Positions 17,200 through 26,494 of a DNA stretch of 64,000 bases are shown here, piece after piece (position 1 is the stretch's first letter; each line of letters opens with the position of its first letter). This DNA is from Candidatus Aquicultor sp. (GTDB lineage Bacteria > Actinomycetota > Aquicultoria > Aquicultorales > Aquicultoraceae): positions 47,550 to 111,549 of the forward strand of contig JAUXNY010000082.1 of assembly GCA_030682615.1 (NCBI GenBank). Direction: 5' to 3'. The notes under the pieces are model-generated. The model made no database searches. It was not told the origin of the DNA and saw only the letters and a list, made by a program, of their open reading frames with translations. The position numbers and the translations under genes were made by a program.

Positions 17200-17344
17200 C
17201 CGGCACTTAAGAACGGTGATTTCTCAAAATAAATGCCAAAATACGCGGTTTTTTGCTTGAAAGTTTTACGCAGTACTGATAAATTAGCTATGGCGCATAC
17301 TTTGTTATCAAAATCACAAGCAAAAGTAGTTAGCGGAGGATTTG

Positions 17345-17761
17345 ATGGAGAGAACGTTCACGATGATAAAACCGGACGGAGTCAAGAAGGCTCTAGTCGG
17401 CGAGATAGTCAAGAGATACCAAGATGCCGGCCTACAGCTGGTAGCACTAAAACTAACAAGGCTTTCCAAGGATAAAGCAGAGGAACTCTACTCTGTACAC
17501 CGGGGGAAGCCTTTCTACATGGAATTAGTCGATTTTATTACCTCGGGGCCGGTTGCCCCCATGGTAATCGAAGGTGATAATGCCGTGAGTCGGGTACGTG
17601 ATATAATGGGTGCGACCAACCCAAAGGACGCGGACAAGGGGACCATCAGGGGCGATTTCGCCGAGGAAGTCTCCGAGAACATCGTTCATGGAGCCGATTC
17701 CGTTGAATCGGCGAACAGGGAAATACCGATATTCTTCAACGACGACGAGCTTGTCGGCTAA
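17345..17761 (+). CDS. ndk: Nucleoside diphosphate kinase
   Basis: ERTFTMIKPDGV and NIVHGADS (active-site His). ATG 17345 preferred over TTG 17342 from the spacing to GGAGGA. Confidence 0.95.
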   Translation: MERTFTMIKPDGVKKALVGEIVKRYQDAGLQLVALKLTRLSKDKAEELYSVHRGKPFYMELVDFITSGPVAPMVIEGDNAVSRVRDIMGATNPKDADKGTIRGDFAEEVSENIVHGADSVESANREIPIFFNDDELVG

Positions 17762-17958
17762 CAGCCGGCAGTACTGGCGGGACATGGGGATCGACTGCTG
17801 GTCAGTCGCGTTGAAAATATAGATGTGACAAAAGCATATATAGGGTCTAGTGTGGATGGGACCCTTGAGGCGGGCATCGCCTTAAGGCATAACATAAAAA
17901 GATAAGGGCTATCGGGGGCGCTTAAAGATCGAAACTGACTCTTGGCAAATTTCAATGT

Positions 17959-17987
17959 TTGTCAAGATTATTGAGAGCGCCTAGATT
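17959..17987 (+). promoter_or_regulatory. Candidate nuo operon promoter (TTGTCA-17 nt-TAGATT)
   Basis: -35 at 17959-17964, -10 at 17982-17987, ~55 nt upstream of the nuoA ATG. Confidence 0.4.
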
Positions 17988-18040
17988 TTTTGTTTTAGAG
18001 CATCCGATATTCTGCAATTAACTGGGGAGAGTTAATTCTA

Positions 18041-18400
18041 ATGATCAGCGAAATCATCTATTTTTCTGTTTTTGTCGCGGTCGGCTTAACGGTAGTCGTT
18101 CTCATGCTCGGGATACAGAAACTGCTTCAGACCAAGCGGCACAGCGATGCCAAGTTGTCGGTTTACGAATGTGGCAATATCGACGTCGTCAGCGACCCCC
18201 GTATACAAATCAAGATGCGCTATTACATCTTCGGACTTCTTCTTATCATCTTCGATGTCGAAATGATTTTTCTATTCCCCTGGGCGGTTGTATTTAAAAG
18301 CCTGGGTCTGGTCGCTCTCATCGAGATGTTAGTCTTTATTATGATTCTATTACTTGGCCTTCTCTATGCATGGCGCAAAGGAGTATTGAAGTGGACTTAA
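18041..18400 (+). CDS. nuoA: NADH-quinone oxidoreductase subunit A
   Basis: 119 aa, 3 TM helices, YECG and [12 protein letters not shown] motifs. Confidence 0.92.
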   Translation: MISEIIYFSVFVAVGLTVVVLMLGIQKLLQTKRHSDAKLSVYECGNIDVVSDPRIQIKMRYYIFGLLLIIFDVEMIFLFPWAVVFKSLGLVALIEMLVFIMILLLGLLYAWRKGVLKWT

Positions 18401-18921
18401 CTAAAGGGCAACTGATACAGCAACCAGCTAGCAAGGCCGGCATATTACAGGAGCAAGCGCCGGGTGCCGGCTTAATACTAGGCAAGGCCGGCGACTTGCT
18501 GAACTGGTCGCGCAAGAATTCGATTTGGTGGATGGCGTTTGGACTCGCCTGTTGCGCCATCGAGTCGCTGATGTGCTTGAATACCGCCCGTTATGACATG
18601 GACAGGCATGGCGGATTATTGCGAAACACTCCGAGACTGTCCGACCTCATGCTTGTGGCGGGAACCCTCACACATAAGATGGCGGACATAACACAGCATC
18701 TATATGAGCAGATGCCCGAGCCGAGGTATGTCATGGCCATAGGGGGCTGCGCGATCAACGGCGGCCCGTTCTATTATGATAGCTATACCGTGGTCAGGGG
18801 TGTGGACAAAATCATTCCGGTCGATGTTTATGTTCCCGGATGCCCACCCCGGCCTGAAGCCGTCATGTATGGGATAGAGCAACTTAAGGAAAAGATCATA
18901 GCCAGAGGGATGATCGAGTAA
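18370..18921 (+). CDS. nuoB: NADH-quinone oxidoreductase subunit B (N2 cluster)
   Basis: [40 protein letters not shown]. Start uncertain: ATG 18370, or GTG 18391 overlapping the nuoA stop. Confidence 0.92.
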   Translation: MAQRSIEVDLTKGQLIQQPASKAGILQEQAPGAGLILGKAGDLLNWSRKNSIWWMAFGLACCAIESLMCLNTARYDMDRHGGLLRNTPRLSDLMLVAGTLTHKMADITQHLYEQMPEPRYVMAIGGCAINGGPFYYDSYTVVRGVDKIIPVDVYVPGCPPRPEAVMYGIEQLKEKIIARGMIE

Positions 18922-19475
18922 TGAGCGATGAGATTAATGTTAACGATAACAACATCGAGGATCTCCCCGCAAAAGGGATGATAGTGCAGGAAAAAGGTCT
19001 CGGGTATACGCTTACGGTCGACAGGAAGGATTTGTTTAAAACGGCGACCGGGCTTAAAGAGGCGGGTTTTGACTTGTTCCTCTTTGTCTCCGGTGTGGAC
19101 TATCCTAACCATATCAAACTGGTCTATAGGATATATTCCACGAAGCGGGCTAACCGAATGGCGTTTGTCGTAAAAACGGAAGTACCCAAGCGCGACCCCG
19201 TAGTCGATTCACTCGTGCCGCTATGGTCGGCCGCGAATTGGCACGAGCGAGAGGCATATGATTTGTTCGGTGTGGAGTTCAAAGGACACCCTGACCTCCG
19301 CAGGATATTCATGCCGGAGGATTGGGTCGGTCATCCGCTGCGCAAAGATTACAGTGATGGCCATATGCTCGTCAGCGACAGCGACACGCAGGCAAAACCC
19401 AAGCTCTCAGTGGTCGATAGCCAGACCGATGACGGCGATGAGGATGCGGGCGATGAAGGGAAATCAGAAGAGTAA
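18921..19475 (+). CDS. nuoC: NADH-quinone oxidoreductase subunit C
   Basis: SGVDYP, ANWHEREAYDLFGVEFKGHPDLRR. Acidic C-terminal tail. The ATG overlaps the nuoB stop. Confidence 0.9.
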   Translation: MSDEINVNDNNIEDLPAKGMIVQEKGLGYTLTVDRKDLFKTATGLKEAGFDLFLFVSGVDYPNHIKLVYRIYSTKRANRMAFVVKTEVPKRDPVVDSLVPLWSAANWHEREAYDLFGVEFKGHPDLRRIFMPEDWVGHPLRKDYSDGHMLVSDSDTQAKPKLSVVDSQTDDGDEDAGDEGKSEE

Positions 19476-19504
19476 GATTACAGTAACTAAAGCGAGTTGT
19501 TACC

Positions 19505-20701
19505 ATGGATAAACTTGAACAGCTTAAGACGACAAGAGCCGATTTGGATGATTTGAGCGCTGAGTTCAGCTCCAATGAAGAGTCCGAAGAAGGCAGCAAA
19601 GACATCAAAACAGATGTTCTCACAATTAATTTCGGACCGCAGCACCCCAGCGCCCACGGCGTCTTTCGCGGTGTGTTCGAGGTGGATGGTGAGATAATCG
19701 TCGGGATAGAGCCTCACATCGGTTACCTGCACAGATGTTTCGAGAAGATCGCCGAACACCGGACGTACACGCAGTTTATTCCGTTCACGGACAGGATGGA
19801 CTATCTCTCTTCCATGCTTAACAACTGGGGTTATGTTATATCTGTTGAGAAGCTGGCAGACGTCGCGGTTCCGGAGCGAGCCGAGTACTTGAGGGTGATT
19901 GTCGGTGAACTCAACCGTATTGCTTCACACTTGGTGTTTTTGTCTACGGCGGCGATAGAGGCCGGCGCTTTGACACCGTATTTCTACTATTTCGACGAGC
20001 GCGAGCGGATATTATGGCTCTTCGAGCAGCTCTGCGGCGCAAGGTTTACCTATAACTATATGAGAGTCGGGGGCGTGCGAGTCGACACCCCGGACGGATG
20101 GCTCGATGACGTGCTCGCTTTTACCGAGCGCCTCGAGAAGACCATGGTCGACTACGACAAGCTCCTTCTAGGCAACTATATATTCAAGAAAAGAATGAAG
20201 GGGGTTGCGCCGTTCTCCGCCGAGCAGGCGTTGGACTGGGGTCTTACGGGGCCATCGTTACGGGCATCGGGCGTCAATTATGATGTGCGCAAGGCCGACC
20301 CGTATTCGGTCTATCCCCGTATCGACTTTGACGCAGTCGTTTTATACAACGGCGACAACTTGGACCGGGTAATCGCAAGGTCTCAGGAGATAATACAGAG
20401 TATTAATATCATCAAGCAGGCGGTAGCGCAAATACCGGACGGACGCGTCTACTCGCCGGGCATGCCGCGCTACGTAACTCCGCCGCCGGGTGAAGCATAT
20501 GCTCACATCGAATCGAGCAGGGGGGACTTAGGCTTCTATATTATCAGTGATGGAAGCCCGAAACCATATCGCGTCAAGATTCAAGGACCGAGTTTTGGAA
20601 ACTTGCAGGTCTTGCCGGCGATAGCTACCGGCAGCTTCTTCAGCGATGCCGTGCTGATATTTGGAACGCTTGATGCGGTATTCGGAGAGGTGGATCGCTA
20701 A
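19505..20701 (+). CDS. nuoD: NADH-quinone oxidoreductase subunit D
   Basis: NFGPQHPSAHGVFR, HIGYLHRCFEK, RMDYLS. Has a ~35-aa acidic N-terminal extension. Confidence 0.95.
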   Translation: MDKLEQLKTTRADLDDLSAEFSSNEESEEGSKDIKTDVLTINFGPQHPSAHGVFRGVFEVDGEIIVGIEPHIGYLHRCFEKIAEHRTYTQFIPFTDRMDYLSSMLNNWGYVISVEKLADVAVPERAEYLRVIVGELNRIASHLVFLSTAAIEAGALTPYFYYFDERERILWLFEQLCGARFTYNYMRVGGVRVDTPDGWLDDVLAFTERLEKTMVDYDKLLLGNYIFKKRMKGVAPFSAEQALDWGLTGPSLRASGVNYDVRKADPYSVYPRIDFDAVVLYNGDNLDRVIARSQEIIQSINIIKQAVAQIPDGRVYSPGMPRYVTPPPGEAYAHIESSRGDLGFYIISDGSPKPYRVKIQGPSFGNLQVLPAIATGSFFSDAVLIFGTLDAVFGEVDR

Positions 20702-21708
20702 TGCTGACCAGCGTGGAACTTGTTGAATTCGCAGCTAAAAACGGGATACCGATTTGGGCGCTGGACGCATCCATAGCGCTTGTGTTGGCGCTTGCGGTCT
20801 TCTCGCTGTGTGGGCTTGGCGTGATCGTCTTGGTGTATATGGAGCGCAAGGTGAGCGCCGATATCCAACTTCGCTTAGGGCCAACGCACGTAGGGCCGCG
20901 TGGGTCACTGCAGCTCATCGCGGACATGATAAAACTACTCTCTAAGGAAGACGTTTTTCCAAAACACGCCGATCGCTGGCTGTTCCGGCTCGCGCCGGCT
21001 CTAGTATTCATAGCAGCCTTCGTCGGGCTAATGGTGATACCGATTGGGCCGCGCCTGGTCGTTCAAGACTTGAGCGTGGGGCTGTTGTATGTTTTAGCCA
21101 TACCCTCCATCGCTGTAGCGGGACTAATAATGGCCGGTTTCGGCTCATATAATAAATACGCCATGATGGGCGGGCTTCGGGCAGCCGCTCAGATGGTCAG
21201 CTACGAAGTGCCGCGAGCGCTATCGGTCATCGGGATCGTAATGCTGGCGGGTTCGGCAAAGCTCTCGACTATCGTCGATGCGCAGGGTTTCTGGTACATC
21301 TTCCTGCAGCCGATCGGGTTTATGGTCTTTCTCGTCTCGACTCTCGCGGAGATAAACAGGGTGCCGTTTGACATGCCGGAGGCCGAATCGGAGCTAGTCC
21401 ACGGTTATAGCACTGAATATAGCGGTATGCGATATGCGTTCTTCCTTTTCGGGGAGTATATAGCACTTATCTCTGCGGCGGCGCTTACCGTAGTGTTGTT
21501 CCTTGGCGGTTGGCATGGACCCGGTCCCGAGTTGTTGGGGCCGATATGGTTCGCCATCAAGTTCTTCGGCGTGGTCTTTGTGATAATGTGGGTGCGCTGG
21601 ACACTCCCGCGCTTCCGTATAGACCAGGTGATGGACTTGGGCTGGAAAGTGCTGTTGCCACTTGCATTACTCAATATCTTGATAACTGGAATTGTAATGT
21701 CAATTTAA
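20701..21708 (+). CDS. nuoH: NADH-quinone oxidoreductase subunit H
   Basis: 335 aa, polytopic. ERKVSADIQLRLGP, LQLIADMIKLLSKED, YSTEYSGMRYAFFLFGEY. Confidence 0.95.
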   Translation: MLTSVELVEFAAKNGIPIWALDASIALVLALAVFSLCGLGVIVLVYMERKVSADIQLRLGPTHVGPRGSLQLIADMIKLLSKEDVFPKHADRWLFRLAPALVFIAAFVGLMVIPIGPRLVVQDLSVGLLYVLAIPSIAVAGLIMAGFGSYNKYAMMGGLRAAAQMVSYEVPRALSVIGIVMLAGSAKLSTIVDAQGFWYIFLQPIGFMVFLVSTLAEINRVPFDMPEAESELVHGYSTEYSGMRYAFFLFGEYIALISAAALTVVLFLGGWHGPGPELLGPIWFAIKFFGVVFVIMWVRWTLPRFRIDQVMDLGWKVLLPLALLNILITGIVMSI

Positions 21709-21765
21709 TGCTATCAGCTCAAAGCCGTCGGCGACCAGCGATGACATAACCGCTGAGAGTCGGCT

Positions 21766-23772
21766 GTGGCGAGCCGAGAGCTAGTAACAAAAAGGTTGAT
21801 TTGGATGGCCGGACGTGTGACAGATTTCATAGAAGCATGGCAGAGCATATTTATCGGGCACAGGATTACCTTTCAGAGGATCATCGACAAGAGGCTGAAG
21901 CGGAATCCTATGCCGACACTGCTATATCCATACGAGAAACCACAGCTAGCGGAGCGTTATCGTGGTACGCCGAAGTTAAATGAAGTGATGGTGGAGACGA
22001 CTACGGTCGAGAAGTTCCCCAATATCATCGGTGAGTTCAACTCTACCATCGAACAAAGGCGGGACGAGGATTTGCTTCCCCCGTGCGTCTTTTCGTGTCC
22101 CGCGCATGTCGACGCTCGCGGCTATGTCGAGCTTATAGCGAAGGGCAGGCATAAAGAGGCGCTCGACCTGATCCGGGAGAGATGCTCGATGCCGGCCTCG
22201 ATTGGGCGGGTTTGCACACGCCCGTGCGAAGAGGGGTGTCGCAGAAACTTCTTTGACGAGGCGATATCAATACGCGACCTCAAACGGTACGCGGCGGATG
22301 TCTGCAGCGACATGCCGCACCCGGAGCCGATTCCGAAAACCTCGGACAAACACATAGCGATTATCGGCGGCGGGCCGGCCGGACTGACTGCGGCGCAAGG
22401 CTTGGCCAAGCTTGGCCATAGCGTGACGATTTACGACAAAAACCCGGAGGGCGGTGGCACGCTCCTTACGGGAATACCGAAATATAGGTTGCCTAAGGAT
22501 GTTCTCAAGTGGGATGTAGATTCGATTTGTTCACTCGGTGTCGAATTGAAGAAGAATGTGGAGATTGGAAAAGACGTCAGCTTCAGCGAGCTAATCGATT
22601 CACACGACGCTGTGTTGATTGCGACGGGGCTGCCCGGATCGTGGGACCTCGGTATCAGGGGTGAGGACGCGGAAGGCGTCTGGGGCTGCCTCGACCTCCT
22701 GCGCGCGATGAATCTGGACCAAAACCCTACTATCGGCAAGAAGGTCGCGGTAGTCGGAGGCGGCAACGTCGCCATGGACGGTGCGAGAACATCCATCAGG
22801 CTAGGGGCGAAACAGGTCTACCTGGTGTATCGCCGCGGCAAGACGGAGATGCCGGCGCGGTATGAGGAGATTCACGAGTCGGAGGAGGAGGGCGTCATCT
22901 TCGAACTCCTTACGAACCCGACAAAGGTCGTTGTGGAAAATGGAAAGGTAGCAGGACTCGAATGCATTCGCATGGGCCTCGGAGAGTCGGATGCTTCCGG
23001 GCGGCGGCGTCCCGAGCCGATTCCGGGCAGCGAGTTCGTGCTTGACGTAGATACTATCGTGACAGCGATCGGGCAACAGACCGAACTGGGCTTCCTGGCG
23101 GGAAGCGATATAGAGCTGACGGAACGAGGTGCCATCGTCTATGACAAATTATCACTTCAGTCCTCGAATAAAAAGGTCTTTGTCGCCGGCGAGGTGGTCA
23201 CGGGAGCGGGGGCTGCGATTCAGGCGATAGCTAGCGGCCACGAAGCCGTCGAGTCGCTCGACAGGTTTTTCAGAGGAGTCGATTTGAAAGAGGGCAGGAC
23301 ACCTCAAATCGTACCGAGGCCGTCGACCTATCCGCAAAGCTTCCTAGGGTGGGCCGAGCCCGAGCATCGCCGGACCCACATGGAACTGCTCCCCCTCGAA
23401 GAGAGGCTAAAGGGCATGAACGAGGTAGGGTTTGGATTCAAAGAAGAAGAAGCCGTGCGGGAGGCGAACAGATGCCTTATCTGCAATACTGGGATTTGCA
23501 GTGGTTGCACCATGTGTGCGAGAACGTGCCCGATGCATTGTATAGATGTAAACCGAACCGGCCCGACGGAGACCGAGCGCAAAGTCGTCAGCTATGACCT
23601 AAACCTAACGACTTGCATGTACTGCGGCTTCTGCGCTGAGATTTGCCCAACGGACGCGCTTCAGATGAGTAAAGATTTCGAAAACTCAGAGTATATAAAG
23701 GAGCGGCTCTTCTACGACAAAGAGCATGTCCTTAGATATGAGACTACGGGCATAAGCCGGTCGGGGGAGTAG
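21766..23772 (+). CDS. nuoI: NuoI (2x[4Fe-4S] subunit) carrying an internal ~490-aa GltD/NfnB-like FAD/NAD(P)H flavoprotein module
   Basis: One uninterrupted 668-codon ORF at the nuoI position. aa ~25-72 match the NuoI N-terminus (LYPYEKPQLAERYRGTPKL). aa ~105-160 are CVFSCPAHVD..GRVCTRPCEEGCRRN (GltD-type Cys-rich domain). IAIIGGGPAGLTAA is the FAD GxGxxG and VAVVGGGNVAMDGA the NAD(P)H GxGxxA; VFVAGEVVTG also present. aa ~570-640 are CSGCTMCARTCP ... CMYCGFCAEICPTDALQMSKDFE (canonical NuoI). Start is GTG 21766 or ATG 21805. Confidence 0.85.
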   Translation: MASRELVTKRLIWMAGRVTDFIEAWQSIFIGHRITFQRIIDKRLKRNPMPTLLYPYEKPQLAERYRGTPKLNEVMVETTTVEKFPNIIGEFNSTIEQRRDEDLLPPCVFSCPAHVDARGYVELIAKGRHKEALDLIRERCSMPASIGRVCTRPCEEGCRRNFFDEAISIRDLKRYAADVCSDMPHPEPIPKTSDKHIAIIGGGPAGLTAAQGLAKLGHSVTIYDKNPEGGGTLLTGIPKYRLPKDVLKWDVDSICSLGVELKKNVEIGKDVSFSELIDSHDAVLIATGLPGSWDLGIRGEDAEGVWGCLDLLRAMNLDQNPTIGKKVAVVGGGNVAMDGARTSIRLGAKQVYLVYRRGKTEMPARYEEIHESEEEGVIFELLTNPTKVVVENGKVAGLECIRMGLGESDASGRRRPEPIPGSEFVLDVDTIVTAIGQQTELGFLAGSDIELTERGAIVYDKLSLQSSNKKVFVAGEVVTGAGAAIQAIASGHEAVESLDRFFRGVDLKEGRTPQIVPRPSTYPQSFLGWAEPEHRRTHMELLPLEERLKGMNEVGFGFKEEEAVREANRCLICNTGICSGCTMCARTCPMHCIDVNRTGPTETERKVVSYDLNLTTCMYCGFCAEICPTDALQMSKDFENSEYIKERLFYDKEHVLRYETTGISRSGE

Positions 23773-23776
23773 TGAT

Positions 23777-24283
23777 ATGAACGATATTATCTCACACGTA
23801 ATATTTTTCGCGCTAGCCATTTTAGCTGTTAGTAGCGCTGTGCTCGTAGTAACGGGCAGAAATCTTTTCCATGCCGCGATGTTTTTGGGATTATACCTCC
23901 TATCGATAGCAGGGTATTATTTCTTGCTCAAGGCGGACCTTGTCGGTATGATGCAGGTCTTCGTCTACGTAGGCGGAGTGGTCGTCGTGCTGCTCTTCGG
24001 TATCATGCTTACCGCGCAGTTAACGAATGTGCGGCTGACCTCGGCGCTGGAGCAGCGTTGGGTGACGATTGTCTCGCTCGTTAGCCTCGTCGGGCTGCTC
24101 GTATTCGTCGCTAAAGACACCGTCTTCAAGGTTTCGCAGTTATCGCCGGTGGAAGATACGACTTCGTTTATAGGCAAGATGTTTATGACAGACTATATCC
24201 TCCCGTTCGAGGTCATATCGGTTCTGCTTCTGGCGGCATTGATTGGCGCTGTTATTATAGCGCGAGAGGAGGGAGGGAAATGA
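23777..24283 (+). CDS. nuoJ: NADH-quinone oxidoreductase subunit J
   Basis: 168 aa, 5 TM helices, correct size and operon position. VFVYVGGVVVLLLF block. Confidence 0.85.
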   Translation: MNDIISHVIFFALAILAVSSAVLVVTGRNLFHAAMFLGLYLLSIAGYYFLLKADLVGMMQVFVYVGGVVVVLLFGIMLTAQLTNVRLTSALEQRWVTIVSLVSLVGLLVFVAKDTVFKVSQLSPVEDTTSFIGKMFMTDYILPFEVISVLLLAALIGAVIIAREEGGK

Positions 24284-24588
24284 TACCGCTCTCTTATTAT
24301 TTGATACTCAGCGGAGTACTCTTCGCTATTGGTATGGCCGGAGTTCTTTTGCGGAGAAACGCTGTAGCGGTGCTTCTCTCTGTCGAGATAATGCTTAACT
24401 CGGCCAACCTGAATCTTGTGGCGTTTTCGAGGTATATCGCGCCCGAGCAGGCCTCGGGGCAGATGTTCGCGCTTTTTGTAATGGCCATCGGCGCGGCTGA
24501 AGTCGCCGTCGGTTTGGCTTTGATTTTGATGATTTACCGTAATTTGCAGTCGGTAAATCTGGACCAGTTCAATATCTTTAAGTGGTAA
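24280..24588 (+). CDS. nuoK: NADH-quinone oxidoreductase subunit K
   Basis: 102 aa, 3 TM helices. LLRRNAV..LLSVEIMLNSANLNLVAF. ATGA overlap with nuoJ. Confidence 0.92.
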   Translation: MIPLSYYLILSGVLFAIGMAGVLLRRNAVAVLLSVEIMLNSANLNLVAFSRYIAPEQASGQMFALFVMAIGAAEVAVGLALILMIYRNLQSVNLDQFNIFKW

Positions 24589-24603
24589 CCGGGGAAGGGG
24601 ATC

Positions 24604-26445
24604 ATGAATTACCTATCGTTAATTGTACTGTTGCCCGTACTCAGTTTTATATTGCTCATAGTTTTCGGCAAGAAGCTCGGGGATAAATCCGCATACCTAA
24701 GCATCCTGGCGGTGGGTACGGCGTTTGCGCTCTCCGTCAAAGCGCTTTTGGATGCTATGGGAGGCGCCCATGCCGATTTGTCGTTCACGTGGCTGACTAT
24801 CGGCAACCTAAAACTGACCTTTGGTCTGCTTCTAGATCCGCTAGCCGCTATGATGCTGGTCGTTGTAACGTTTGTCAGCTTGCTTGTGCAGCTATTTTCA
24901 GTAGGCTACATGCACGGTGACAAGCGTTACGGTTGGTTCTACGCATGTCTGTCGATGTTTACCGCATCGATGTTGCTGCTGGTCTTCTCTTCGAACTTTG
25001 TACAGATGTACATGGCTTGGGAAGGCGTAGGTCTCTTCTCGTACCTGCTGATCGGGTTCTGGTTCGAAAAACGGAGCGCGAGCGACGCCGCCAAGAAGGC
25101 CTTTATGGTTACAAGAGTCGGCGACCTCGGTTTTGGAATAGGCTTGATTATCCTCTTTATAACGGCGGGAACGCTCGATATGGGCCAGGTCTTCGCAATG
25201 AAATTCGCACCGGAGACGGCATCGCTTATAGCGATACTCTTCTTCTGCGGAGCTATCGGAAAATCAGCACAGTTTCCGCTCCATGTTTGGTTGCCGGACG
25301 CTATGGAAGGCCCGACACCGGTTAGCGCGCTCATTCACGCGGCTACCATGGTCGCCGCAGGCGTCTACCTGGTCGCCCGCGCTTATCCACTCTTCGAGCA
25401 AGGGCCGGCCGCAATGGAGTTCGTTGCGATTATCGGGACGATAACGGCGTTTATGGCCGCGACTATCGCATTGACGGCCACCGATATTAAGAAGATACTG
25501 GCATACTCGACAGTCAGCCAGCTTGGATATATGATGATGGGTCTCGGGGTCGGCGCGTTCGCCGCGGGAACATTCCACCTGATGAACCACGCGTTCTTCA
25601 AAGCGCTCCTCTTTTTGGGCGCCGGTAGCGTCATCCATGCAGTCCACAGCCAGGAGATTTTCGACATGGGCGGTTTGAGCCGCAAGATGAAAATAACATC
25701 GCTGACTTTTGTCATCGGAGGGCTTGCGCTTGCGGGAATCCCGCCGTTCAGCGGCTTTTGGAGCAAGGACGAGATATTGCTAGGGGCGTTCGAGAGCGGA
25801 CACACGGCTATCTTTGCGATTGGGCTTTTGACGGCGCTCTTTACAGCGTTCTACACGTTCAGGCTTATATTCGTGGTCTTCTTTGGAAAACCTAGAGGAC
25901 ACCATGCGGACCACGTCCATGAGTCGCCGGCTGTGATGGCTGTACCGTTGATGTTGTTGGCCGCGTTGGCGCTTACCTCGGGTCTGCTCGGCTCACCGTT
26001 TATGGGCAACGCATACCAGTCGTTTATCTTGGGAGGCCACGGCGAAGCCGAGCATCACATCAACTACATGGTGATGGGGCTATCCATCGGAGTGGCCGTG
26101 CTCGGAATATTCGGCGCGTGGCTGAAATACTCGACAAGCTTGCTTCCGTCGAATGTAATGAGCAAGAACAATATCATCTACCAGCTCCTGGTAAACAAAT
26201 ACTATATCGACGAGATCTATGAGTTTACGCTCGTGAAGCCGACACATGCGATCGCGCGGTATGTCTTAACCTTTGACCAGAGAGTAATTGACGGCGCCGT
26301 CAATGGTGTCGCCTGGGTCATATCCCGAATCGGCGGCGGCTTAAAGTACCTGCAGACCGGTTATGCGCAGAACTATGTGCTGGTCATGGTCATAAGTGTC
26401 GTCGTTTTAATAATCTGGTCGTTCAGGGCAATACAGCTGTTTTAA
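24604..26445 (+). CDS. nuoL: NADH-quinone oxidoreductase subunit L
   Basis: 613 aa Mrp-antiporter-like subunit. WEGVGLFSYLLIGFW, KSAQFPLHVWLPDAMEGPTPVSALIHAATMV. Confidence 0.93.
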   Translation: MNYLSLIVLLPVLSFILLIVFGKKLGDKSAYLSILAVGTAFALSVKALLDAMGGAHADLSFTWLTIGNLKLTFGLLLDPLAAMMLVVVTFVSLLVQLFSVGYMHGDKRYGWFYACLSMFTASMLLLVFSSNFVQMYMAWEGVGLFSYLLIGFWFEKRSASDAAKKAFMVTRVGDLGFGIGLIILFITAGTLDMGQVFAMKFAPETASLIAILFFCGAIGKSAQFPLHVWLPDAMEGPTPVSALIHAATMVAAGVYLVARAYPLFEQGPAAMEFVAIIGTITAFMAATIALTATDIKKILAYSTVSQLGYMMMGLGVGAFAAGTFHLMNHAFFKALLFLGAGSVIHAVHSQEIFDMGGLSRKMKITSLTFVIGGLALAGIPPFSGFWSKDEILLGAFESGHTAIFAIGLLTALFTAFYTFRLIFVVFFGKPRGHHADHVHESPAVMAVPLMLLAALALTSGLLGSPFMGNAYQSFILGGHGEAEHHINYMVMGLSIGVAVLGIFGAWLKYSTSLLPSNVMSKNNIIYQLLVNKYYIDEIYEFTLVKPTHAIARYVLTFDQRVIDGAVNGVAWVISRIGGGLKYLQTGYAQNYVLVMVISVVVLIIWSFRAIQLF

Positions 26446-26494
26446 TGGGTCGACAGAGACGGACTATTTAGAACTTTATTAAGGGCGTGAAGGA

